NCBI RefSeq assembly: GCF_004010195.1
Contig: NC_057711.1
Span: 75,656,020 to 75,718,526, forward strand
Length of the DNA stretch: 62,507 bases
Direction: 5' to 3'
Source: Chiloscyllium plagiosum
Taxonomy: Eukaryota
In this document: piece by piece, positions 51,790 through 62,507 of the stretch
Numbering within the stretch: position 1 is the first letter of the stretch
How the letters are laid out: the number at the start of each line of letters is the position of its first letter
Notes under the pieces: generated by a model
What the model saw: the letters and a program-made list of their open reading frames with translations, nothing else
Database searches by the model: none
Told to the model about the DNA's origin: nothing
Program-made: the position numbers and the translations under genes

Positions 51790-52276
51790 CTGCCATAAAT
51801 AAGAAATTGATTTAACATTTTTTTGCAGTACTCAAATCTATCAAAAAACCAATTAAGATCAGTGGCAATTGTAAACTGGCTTTCTGCTGCTTCTGTGGTG
51901 AATGTGTGTTCGGTGTTCCAGGATAAAATACGTTCTAATTAAGCACTATCACATCAAGTGGAAGACCATGTTGCAAAAGTACATCATCCTCTACTTTATT
52001 TCTCAATGTAATTTGGCACCAACCTTAGATTGGCAATCACTCCCTCAATACCACACTGCCATTTTACACTCTTGTAGTTTGTCTGATTGCTAATGTACTG
52101 CTGTATTTCTTGTGAATCCAGTGTCAAATAGAGCTGGATTGTAGAAGACCCATTGTAATCAGCAAAAGGAAAGACTTACATCCTACCAGCTTGTACGGAA
52201 CACAAACTTGGGACCCACAGAATTTGGACGAAAGACATTAGTGAGAGAGAATGGCCATGATGTGGATGGGCCACCA

Positions 52277-52390
52277 TTGGACTAGGGTGGACAAAGTTAA
52301 AAATCACAATACACCAAGTTATAATCTAAATAGATAAGTACTTCCAAATGAACCTGTTGGACTATGACCTGATGTTGTGTGATTTTTAAA
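52277..52390. mobile_element. Miniature inverted remnant of the 21480-21600 repeat family
   Basis: ttaaaaatcaca..acaccaagttata followed by tatgacctgatgttgtgtgatttttaa. Confidence 0.65.
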
Positions 52391-52989
52391 TCAGTTCCTA
52401 AGGAATAGAACAGATCCAAAAGCCTATTGGGAATGCTGGTTCCGATTCAAATGCATCTGACATAATTTCTATCAGACACTTGAAACTGTTTAAAAACCAT
52501 CTGAAAAGGTGCCAGAATAGTATTTAAACACGTTGAAATGAAGTCAGTTGAAATTTTCTGTGGCTTTCTCCCAAATCTGCAGGCTACACACCTACTTTAC
52601 AACTCAGAAGGAAAAGTCGGTACATAAGAACAGTAATACTTGGAAATGAACATAGGGATCATTCTGGTGCTCAGTTTGAGGTATACAAGATGTGTATGTG
52701 TGATTTGCCAGTTTGATTGATCTTGGCTATGAAAACCTGATTCTATAGGCTGCAATTTTGAACAAAGCCAGGGGAGACCCATGGCCATCTATTTCCAGAC
52801 TTTTTTTGCAACTCATCTATGCCATGGTAGTGGTGCTGACATTGGCAGTCATGATTCTCTCCTTCCTCAACAATTCATCACAATTTACCAGGCACAAAAT
52901 TGTACCCTGGAATGCCAAGCCAGACAAGAGTTTTCTTTTGGCAGTGTTTCCACTACATTGTCCATTACGTTGTTCTGGCAATTACCAAG

Positions 52990-53182
52990 ATAGAAACATA
53001 GAATCCCTGCACAATGAGGCCATTTGGCCTACTGAGTCTGCACTCACCCTCCAAAGAGCATCCCACCTAGACCCATACTCCCAACCCTATTCTCATAATC
53101 CCACATTAGCCATGGTTAATGCTCCTAGCCTGCACATCCCTGGACACTATGGGGCAATTTAGCATGGCCAATCCATTTAACC
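52990..53182 (-). mobile_element. SINE 3' half
   Basis: gaggccatttggcc...ggggcaatttagcatggccaat. Confidence 0.75.
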
Positions 53183-53912
53183 AGCCAGCTTGGTCTTCTG
53201 TGACAATGCTGGATATTTCCATTCTATAATATATTTACACAAACTAGTTGTTTTTCTGAAATCTTTGCTACACTCAACATTTGATTTAGTTCACTAAACT
53301 GGACACTAATTCTGACTTATATGTTTACATTTCAGAAAATCGAGACTTTAAGTGAAACATAGTTCCCCATAGGAATCAAAAGTAAAGCCAGAGTTAGGTT
53401 CCTTAGGACTTTCTCACCCAGAAAAAGACAAAATTTGAAATATTTTTAAATTGTGTTTTCATAAATACATGTAATAATAACTTACTATACTACACTATAT
53501 ACTAGACTGTTCCATATATGTATATGTATGCTGCACTCCAAATCAAAATAACTTGCTAAACAAAATTCACAACTAAACATTAAAGAAGTACAATTTAAAA
53601 AATACACCTTTACTGTTCTGTATTATTAGATTGACCAGGCCCCATCTAGAGTTTCATGCTGATCAGTGTAGCTGAATGCTCAGGATTACCTGCATTCATG
53701 GACATATGTCATTAGATGGAACCCAGGAATACAATTCCAATTTAGGAAGGAAGCATAACTCCTTGTCCATGGCCAGAACAAAAGAGATGAGTGTCTGGGA
53801 TGGAGGCAGTACAGTATTGGACACAGTGACATTTACAATGACATTGGACATTGACAGTGCACATAAACAATGTTCAGACAAAAATGGCAATGCAAAGCTA
53901 AAACTAATCTAC

Positions 53913-54128
53913 TGTAGTGACTGAAATGAAGTCAGCCAGGTGGGTCTTGTAGAATATGAGTTCCCTGCTTGGGGCTGTTAACCTGGTCTGATCAGGGAGT
54001 CCTAGCTGACAGCTAGAAACAGGGGCATCAGGGGTTCTTATCACTCCGAGAGCCAGCTCCGTGCTAACTGGGTCAGTGTCATGTACAATGCACATGTAAA
54101 TAAAGGGTGACTTCTTGGAGTTATTTTA
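53913..54128 (+). mobile_element. Possible short solo LTR
   Basis: Starts TGTAGTG, has AATAAA near the 3' end and a GC-richer body than its flanks; no clean CA end or TSD seen. Confidence 0.35.
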
Positions 54129-54789
54129 GCCAAAATAATAATCAATGTTAAAATGAAATGTAGTTAGACACAACAAAGTTGAATGAGGACTAGCTGTTCA
54201 GCATTTCAGGCAATGAAACCACTCTGAGGATTTTTTAGAACCCATTCTGAAACACATTTCTCCAGATCAGGCCAGTAGCTGGGACCTATACTCATGGCAC
54301 ATTTGGCTTGCCTCAGAGTGAGTTGTTGCTTCTTCCACTCCCATACACAATCCAATTAACACTAAATGTCCTTATTGCAGCACAGTGATTTGATGGGTTA
54401 ACAAACGTTACCAACTTTACCTCAAACCAACTTCATACTTCATTGATTTTGTTGAAAGACTAATTTCCCTTCATCATTTACCACACAGGGTCTGCTCTAC
54501 TTGGACATGCTTGAAACTCCAGCCTGGATCAACTGATTCCCTTGTGCTCAATGCTTAAAATAATTACAGGCAGCAGACAGATCTATCCCCTAAAAGTCCT
54601 CAAATCACCCCAGAAAATTTACTCACAGGGGAAGCCAATGAAGTCACCCAACAAACAGTGTAGAACTGAAATGTTTCCAGTCCTCCAATCATAGTTGGTT
54701 CTCTCCCACGCTTGCTGCTGATAGGTGAACCAATCAGCAGCAAACCTAGGAGAGAATCAGCCTGTATTTGGAGAACATATAGAATGGGT

Positions 54790-55135
54790 ATATAGAATTC
54801 CTACATGTGGAAAGAGGCCATTTGGCCCATCAAGACTGCATTGACCCACCAAAGAGCATTCTGTCTAAACCCAGCCCACTACCTATTATTATAATCTCAC
54901 ATATACCATGGCGAAATCACCTGGCCAACACATCCCTGGATGTTACAGACAATTTTGTACAGTCAATCCTCTTAACCTGCACAACTTTGGACTGTGAAAC
55001 TAGAACACCCAGCAGGCCTTCCTGCAGACAAGGGGAGAACATGCAAACTCCACATAGACAGTCACACAAGGCTGGAACTGAACCCAGGTTGCTGGCACTG
55101 TAAGGCAGCAGTGCTAACCACTGAGCCACCTTGTC
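54790..55135 (-). mobile_element. tRNA-derived SINE (HE1/V-SINE-like)
   Basis: Reverse complement gtggctcagtggttagcactgctgcc...gggttcagttcc...tgtctatgtggagtttgcatg. Confidence 0.88.
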
Positions 55136-55219
55136 ACCCATGCAGCAAGCAGTTCAGAAATTCAGTATTGATGCTGAGTGGGTAGCTAGAGGGGTGCAGT
55201 TGAGGTCTGGGAAAGGGAA

Positions 55220-55960
55220 ATAGGGGAGGGGTGCAAGAGCTGAGGCTGTGTGGGGGAGGGGTACAAGACCTGGGGGCAGGTGGGGAAGGGGTGCAGGAGA
55301 GCGGGACCGATGGGGTAGGGGTACAGGAGCTGAGGCTGGGTGGGANNNNNNNNNNNNNNNNNNNNNNNNNNNNNNNNNNNNNNNNNNNNNNNNNNNNNNN
55401 NNNNNNNNNNNNNNNNNNNNNNNNNNNNNNNNNNNNNNNNNNNNNNNNNNNNNNNNNNNNNNNNNNNNNNNNNNNNNNNNNNNNNNNNNNNNNNNNNNNN
55501 NNNNNNNNNNNNNNNNNNNNNNNNNNNNNNNNNNNNNNNNNNNNNNNNNNNNNNNNNNNNNNNNNNNNNNNNNNNNNNNNNNNNNNNNNNNNNNNNNNNN
55601 NNNNNNNNNNNNNNNNNNNNNNNNNNNNNNNNNNNNNNNNNNNNNNNNNNNNNNNNNNNNNNNNNNNNNNNNNNNNNNNNNNNNNNNNNNNNNNNNNNNN
55701 NNNNNNNNNNNNNNNNNNNNNNNNNNNNNNNNNNNNNNNNNNNNNNNNNNNNNNNNNNNNNNNNNNNNNNNNNNNNNNNNNNNNNNNNNNNNNNNNNNNN
55801 NNNNNNNNNNNNNNNNNNNNNNNNNNNNNNNNNNNNNNNNNNNNNNNNNNNNNNNNNNNNNNNNNNNNNNNNNNNNNNNNNGCCAGGTGGGGGAGGTGTA
55901 CAGGAGCTGGTGCTAGGTGGGGGAAGAATGCAAGAGCTGGGGTTGGTGGGGAGGAATTTT
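55220..55960. repeat. G-rich minisatellite (~30-bp unit) spanning an N gap
   Basis: Units like ggggaggggt(g/a)ca(a/g)gagctgaggctg(t/g)gtg on both sides of the gap. Confidence 0.8.
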
Positions 55961-55999
55961 AAAGGGGGCTTGGGAGGGATAAGAAGGTTCATTTAGGTA

Positions 56000-58040
56000 C
56001 CCCTCCGTATTTTCTGCTCTGGGGAAAACAACCCCAGTCTATCTAGTCTTTCTTCATTGCTGCAATATTCCAGCCCAGGCTGAATATCCTCTGCATCTGC
56101 ACCCTCTTTACAACAATCACATCCTGCCTGTGATGTGGCAGCCAAAACTGCACACAGTATTGCAGCTGTGACCTAACATTATATACAACCCCATCATAAC
56201 CTCCTGCTTTTGTAATTAATGTCTTGACTAATAAGGACAAATATCCCAATGCCTTCTGAACCACCTTATCTAGCTGTCCTATGATTTCAGATATCAATGG
56301 ATATGCATGCCAAGGTCCTTCTGATCCTCTATGTATCCTAGGGTCCCACCATTCATCAGTCCCTCTCCCCTAACCAGCACAAAATGCATCACCTCACACT
56401 TTGCGGGATTAATTTCCATTTGCCATAACTCTGCCCACCTGACCAGCCTGTCTATGTCATTCTGTCATCTGAAGTTTTCCTTCTCGCTATTTACCAGACC
56501 GCCAAAGTTAGTGATTAAACCTCCTACATTCATATTTGGATCATTAATATACATTGCAAGCTGCAAAGGACTATATACCAAATAGTGTGAGACACAGGCT
56601 TCCAGTCTTACAAACCACCGCGGACCTAAACATTCATTTCCTGACATAGAGTTAAGTTTTGATCCAATTTGCGAAATTGGCTTGGATCCCAGAATTCTTG
56701 ACATGTAAATTATGTTAGAACTTGTCAAAGATCTCATGAGGGCCATGTCAATCGCACTATCCTTATCTACACACCTAGTCACCTCCTAGAAATAATGAAA
56801 TTTGTTAGATATGATCACCCCTAATAAAGCCATGCTGACTATACTTACATAACACTATCCTCTCCAAATGCAGATCAATTCTGTATCTCTGTATGTTTAC
56901 CAGACATTTCCCTACTGATGTTCATCTTACAGGCATATAGTTCCTTGGTTAATCCCTACCATGCATAATGCTTCAAATTAGCTGTTCTCCTATCCTCTAC
57001 CTTCTCTTTTATGTTTAGAGGAGATTTGAAAATCAATGTTAGGGCCCCTGCAATTTCCTCCCTTTCCTCCCACAGCATCTAGACTTTGGGATTTATCCAT
57101 TTAAACCTGCTACAACCATTAATACCACTTCCCTTTCAAATGTAATTAATTCAAGTAGTTCACAGTCCCCCTCCCTGATATCCTTACCAACATGATCCTT
57201 CTCAAAAGTGAATACAGAAACACCTACATTTTACAGCTGCACACGTAATTTACCACTGATCCCTAATGGGTCCGGCTCTTAGCTGGTCATCCTCCTGCCT
57301 GAAATATATTTACAAATTGTCTTTGAATATTCCTTTATTTTATTCACCAGTGTTTTTAATGCCTTCTCTTCACTTTCTTCATTTCCTTTTTAAGCAACGT
57401 CCTGGGCTTTCTTTTTGCCTCTGGGATTTCTGGTATTTTTGAGCCTTTAGTATTTACCATAAACTTCCCTTTAATTCCTTTCCCAATTCTATACATTCCT
57501 CAACATCCAGAGTTCTCTGGACTTCTTCATCCAACTTTTCATCTTTGTAGGAATGTGTTAGCCCTGCACTCCCAATATTTCCTTTTTTGAATGACACTCA
57601 CTGCTCGATGTAGATTTTCTTCCAAGTAGCTGCTCACTGTCCACTTTAGCCAAATCCTGTCTTATCACATTAAAATCTATTCAGAACCTTTATTTCTGGT
57701 CCATCTTTATTATTTTCTAGGGCTTCCTTAAATCTGACTGACTCATGTTCATTATTACCAAACTACTCCCTCTCAACCACATTGACCACTTGCCTGCCCT
57801 CATTAGGTTTAGCGCTGCCTTATTCTCTTGTAAGACTTTCTGCATACTGGCTTACAAATCTCCCTGAGACATTTTAATATTTCTACCCCCTCTAAACCTT
57901 TCACATTTTGTCTATCCCAGTCAATAGTTGAAATCCCCATACTATTGTCAATCTACTGACTTTACATGTCTTCTACATTTATCTGCATATGTCTCCTTCT
58001 AGTTCTCTCAGATTATTTGGAGGAACTACAATACATTTTC
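56000..58040 (-). mobile_element. Old CR1 LINE fragment
   Basis: ORF 56043..56297 QLQYCVQFWLPHHRQDV and ORF 56465..56782 MYINDPNMNVGGLITNF. Confidence 0.7.
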
Positions 58041-58229
58041 AACAACATCCATAAGATCATAAGGTAAATGAGCAGAATTAGGCCCTTCAGCCCACTGAGT
58101 CTGCTCCACTGTTCGATCATGGCTGATATGTTTCTCAACCACATTCTCCTGCCTTCTCTCCATAACCTTTATTCCCCTTATTAATCAAGAACCTATCTAT
58201 TTCAGTCTTAAATACATGTGAGATATTTG

Positions 58230-61200
58230 TATCATCCAGAGATGACTGAAGTATGGCTGATGTGGTGCCATTATTTGAGAAAGCTCGTAAGGAAAAGCTA
58301 GGGAACTGTAGACTAGTGAGGCTGCCATCAGTAGTAGGTACATTGTTGGAGGGGATTCTGAGGGACCAGGACTTATTTGCATTTAAATGGAAAAGTAAGG
58401 ACAGATTAGAGATCCCCAACATGGCTTTGTGAGTGGGAAATCAAATCTCATGAATTTGATTGAGTCTTTTGAAGTGGATGAAGGCAGAGCGGTGCATATT
58501 GTCTATGTGGACTTCAACAAGGTGGTAATAAGATATAGAAACAGAATTTGGTCATTCAGCCCACTGAGTCTGCCATTAGTGGTAGGTATGTTGTTGGAAG
58601 GGATTCTGAGGGACAGGACATATGTGCATTTACATGAAAAGGTAAGGACGGATTAGGGATAGTCACCCACGCCCTTCACCTCCTCCAAGACTTTTGTTTC
58701 CCCGTCCCCCTACACCTTATCTTCACCATGGACATCCGGGCCCTGTACACATCCATTCGCCATGACGAAGTCCTCCAAACCCTCCCCTCCTTCCTCTGAA
58801 GCTGCCCCAACCAATACCCTTCCACTGACACCCATAACGCCTGGCTGAACTGATCCCCACCCTTAACAACTTCTCCTTTCAATCCTCCCGCTCCTCCAAA
58901 CCAAAGGGGTAGTCATGGGCACCTGCCTGGGCCCTAGCTATGCCTGCCTCTTTGTCAAGTATGTGGAACAGTCCATCTTCCACAGCTACACTGGCATCAT
59001 CCCCCAACTTTTCATCCGGTACATTGATGACTGTATCGGCGCCACCTCATGTTCCTACAAAGAGGTTGAACAGTTCAACAACTTCACTAACAACTTTCCC
59101 CCCAACCTCAAGTTCATCTGGACCATCTCGGACACCTCCTTCCCCTTCCTGGACCTCTCCATCTCCATCTCCAGTGACCAACTAACCACAGACATCTACT
59201 ACACACCCACCATCTCCTACTGCTACCTAGACTACACCTCCTCCCACCCTACCTCCTGTAAAAATGTTGTCCCTTATTCCCAATTGCTCCACCTCCACCA
59301 CATCTGTTCCCATGATGATCAATTCCACCTCAGAAAATCCCAGATGGCCTCCTTCTTCAAAGACCACAATTTCCCCTCGCACATGGTCGATGATGACCCC
59401 CAGCGCATCTCCTCCACTTCCCACACCTCCGCCCATGAACCCCACCCTCCCAGCGCAACAAGGACAGAACCCCTGATCCTCACCTTCCACTCCACCAACC
59501 TCCATATACATCGAATAATCCTCCTCAGAGTACAATGGGACCATGTTCAGATGAGCCGGTGGACCGAGGAATGACGGATCGAGTTTAATTTAGATAAATG
59601 TGAGATTTGTATTTTGGTAAGGGAAACCAGGTAGGACTAATATAGTTAATGGTAGGGCCCTGGGAAGTGCTGCCGAACAAAGAGACCTAAGTACATAGTT
59701 CCTTGAAAGTAGTTCCTACATACAGACCTAACCACTATGGATATATTTCCCTCCCCACCCTGATCAGCATTCTAGAGAGACCATCCCCTCTGCAACTCCC
59801 TTGTCAGATCCACACTCTCACCAGCCCTCACCCCACTCCTAGCACCTTTCCCTGCCACCGCAGCAAGTGCAAAACCTGCACCCACACCTCACCTCCATCC
59901 AAGGCCCCAAAGGATCCTTCCACATCCAACAAAAATTTACCTGTACCTCCACGAATGTCATCCACTGTTTCCATTGCACCCGACAGTGGTCTCCTCTTAC
60001 ATCGGGGAGACAGGAAGCCATCTTGCAAATCATTTCAGAGAACATCTTTGGTACACCCACGCCAACCAACCCGACCGCCCCATGGCTGAACACTTCAACG
60101 TCCCCTCCCATTCCGTTACAGATATGCAGGTCCTGAGCCTCCTCCATCACCAAACCCTAACCACCCGACGCCTGGAGGAAGAACGCCTCATCTTCTGCCT
60201 TGGGACCCTGCAACCACAGGGGATTAATGTGCATTTCACCAGTTTCCTCATTTTCCCTCCCCCACCTTATCCCAGTCCCAAACCTTCAACTTGGCACCAC
60301 CATCTTGACCTGTCCCATCTATCTTTCCAATCTATCCTCTCCAACTCTCCTCTCTGACCTATCACCTTCTCCCCCACTTTCGTAGAATCATAGATGCATT
60401 CTCAGCTGCCTTCCTCCCAACCTGATCCCCCTCCCATTTATCTCTCAGCTCCCACCAGCCCACAAGCCGCATTCCTGATGAAGGACTTATGCCCGAAATG
60501 TCGATTCTCCTGCTCCTTGGATGCTGCCAGGCCCGCTGTGCTTTTCCAGCACCACACTCTCAAGTTTGACAAGTTTCTGCATGGTTGACAGATTAGAAAT
60601 GTCAGATCATGTGGGGTCCAGGGGAGTTAACCATTTGGATGCAATATTGGCTTGATGGTAGGAGAGAGAGGGTGATGGTAGAGGTGTTTCTCAGAGTGGA
60701 GGTCTGTGACCAGGAGTGTGCCGCAAGGATTGGTGCTGGGTCCACTGTTTTTTGTACTTTATAAGAATTATTCGGATATGCATATAGGAGGCATGGTTAG
60801 TAAGTCTGCAGGTGAAACCAAAATTCATGATGCTGTGGACAGTAAAAAACGTTACCTCAGAGTACAATGGGACCATGTTCAGATGAGCCGGTGGACCGAG
60901 GAGTGACGGATCGAGTTTAATTTAGATAAATGTGAGATTTGTATTTTGGTAAGGCAAACCAGGTAGGACTAATATAGTTAATGGTAGGGCCCTGGGAAGT
61001 GCTGCCGAACAAAGAGACCTAAGTACATAGTTCCTTGAAAGTGGAGTCGCAGGTAGGCAGGGTGACGAAGATGATGTTTGGTACGCTTGCCTCCATTGGT
61101 CAGTGCATTGAGTATCAGAGCTGAGATGTCATGTATCAGCTGTACAGGACATTGGTGAGGCCACTTTTGGAGTACTGCATGCAATTTTGGTCTCCCTGCA

Positions 61201-61692
61201 ATAGGAAAGATGTTATGAAACTTGAAAGGGTTCAGAAAAGATTTACAAGAATGTTGCTGGCATTAGAAAGTTGAAGCTATCGAGAGCGGCTGAATAGGCT
61301 GGAGCTGTTTCCCATCGAGTGTCGGAGGTTAAGGGGTGAACTTATAGAGGTTTATAAAATCATGAGGGATGAATAGCCAAGCTCCTCTTCCCCCCAGAGT
61401 AGGGGAGCAGAAGGCAAAAGTTTAAGGTGATAGGCAAAAGATTTAAAAGGATGTGAGGGACAACTTTTACATGAAGAGGGTGTAACATGTATGGAACAAG
61501 CTGACAGAGATGGTGGTGGAGGCTGCACAATTACAACATTTAAAAGACATCTGGATGAATACACAAATAGGATGGGTTTAGAGGGATATGATCCAAATGC
61601 TGACAAATGGGGCTAGATTAACTTAGGATATCTGGTTGGCATGGACAGGTTGGAGTGAAAGGTCTGTTTCCATGATTTACAACTCTATGACT
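58230..61692 (+). mobile_element. CR1 LINE RT region split by a Penelope insertion
   Basis: NLIESFEVDEGRAVHIVYVDFNK before and SVPQGLVLGPLFFVLY after the Penelope; tail actctatgac. Confidence 0.85.
58666..60560 (+). mobile_element. Penelope-like retroelement (RT plus GIY-YIG, frameshifted) with 3' terminal repeat
   Basis: ORF 58915..59574 MGTCLGPSYACLFV..FIRYIDDCIG..PFLDL; ORF 59974..60357 YIGETGSHLANHFREHL; CTGATGA..GAAA motif at 60475-60498. Confidence 0.92.
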
Positions 61693-61915
61693 TAGCCTCC
61701 ACTGTTTCCTGTGATAATTAGTTCCACAGATTCACCATCCTCTGGCTGAAGAAATTCCTCATCATCGCAGTTCTAATGCATCATCCCTTCACTCTGAGGC
61801 TGTGTCCTGTCTTCCCAGTAGAGACATCTTCTCAATGACCACTCTATTTGGGCCTGTCAGTCTTCTGTAAGTTTCAATTAGATCCCCATCTCATCCTTCT
61901 AAACTCTATCAAGTT

Positions 61916-62507
61916 TAGGAGACATGGGTAGAACAGGGACAGGATTGGCTGTTGCAGGTTCCAGGGTTTAAATGTTTTAGTAGGGTCAGAGGTGGGGGTA
62001 AAAGAGGGGGAGGTGTGGCATTGCTTGTCAAAGATAGTATTACAGCTGTGGAAAGGACGATGGATGAAGACTCGCCATCTGAAGTAGTTTGGGTTGAGGT
62101 TAGGAATAGGAAAGGTGAGCTCACCCAGTTAGGAGTTTTTTACAGGCCTCCTAACAGTCCTAGAAACGTAGAAGAAAGGATTGCGAGGATGATTCAAGAC
62201 AAGAGTGAAAGTAATAAGATGGTTGTTATGGGGGCTTTAACTTTCCTGATATTGATTGGGAAAGCTATAGCTCAAGTTCGTAAGATGGGTCAGTGTTTGT
62301 CCAATGTGTGCAGAAGGGTTTCCTGACACAATATGTAGATAGGCCAACAAGAGGTGAGGCCATACTGGATTTGGTTCTGGGTAATGAACCAGGCCAGGTG
62401 TTAGAATTAGAGGTAGGTGAGCACTTTGGGGACAGTGACCACAATTCAGTGACTTTTACTCTAGTGATGGAGAGGGATAAGTGTGCACGGCAGGGCAAGA
62501 GTTATAG
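61916..62507 (+). mobile_element. CR1 ORF2 APE-endonuclease region, running off the window end
   Basis: ORF 61952..62326 RGGGVALLVKD...VWVEVRNRKG..LGVFYRPPNS; downstream LDLVLGNEPGQV and GDSDHNSV. Confidence 0.9.

Noticed and set aside
48758..55996. Long ORFs of 165-268 aa in the ORF track
   Set aside because: They are artefacts of translating through N gaps.

Overview
Eukaryotic, repeat-rich vertebrate DNA; the SINE/CR1/Penelope repertoire suggests a cartilaginous fish such as a shark (inference). The window holds 14 consecutive minus-strand coding exons (equivalent to human exons 3-16) of the channel-kinase gene TRPM6, encoding the N-terminal melastatin-homology region. All have AG/GT boundaries and join into one open frame of 1965 nt (51789 down to 518); exons 1-2 were not found and the channel and kinase exons lie beyond position 1. 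Introns are filled with CR1/L2 and RTE LINE fragments, tRNA-derived SINEs, Penelope-like elements with hammerhead-ribozyme motifs, simple repeats and three N gaps. Most notable: an inverted, decayed copy of exon 8 about 350 nt away in intron 7, part of a local ~560-bp duplication, that could base-pair with exon 8 in the pre-mRNA; inverted CR1 copies bracketing an in-frame 867-nt exon 4-8 block; a 188-bp templated insertion; a ~68-nt hairpin; and a perfect 108-bp duplication beside the exon 16 acceptor. Repeat boundaries are approximate and all alignments were done by eye.
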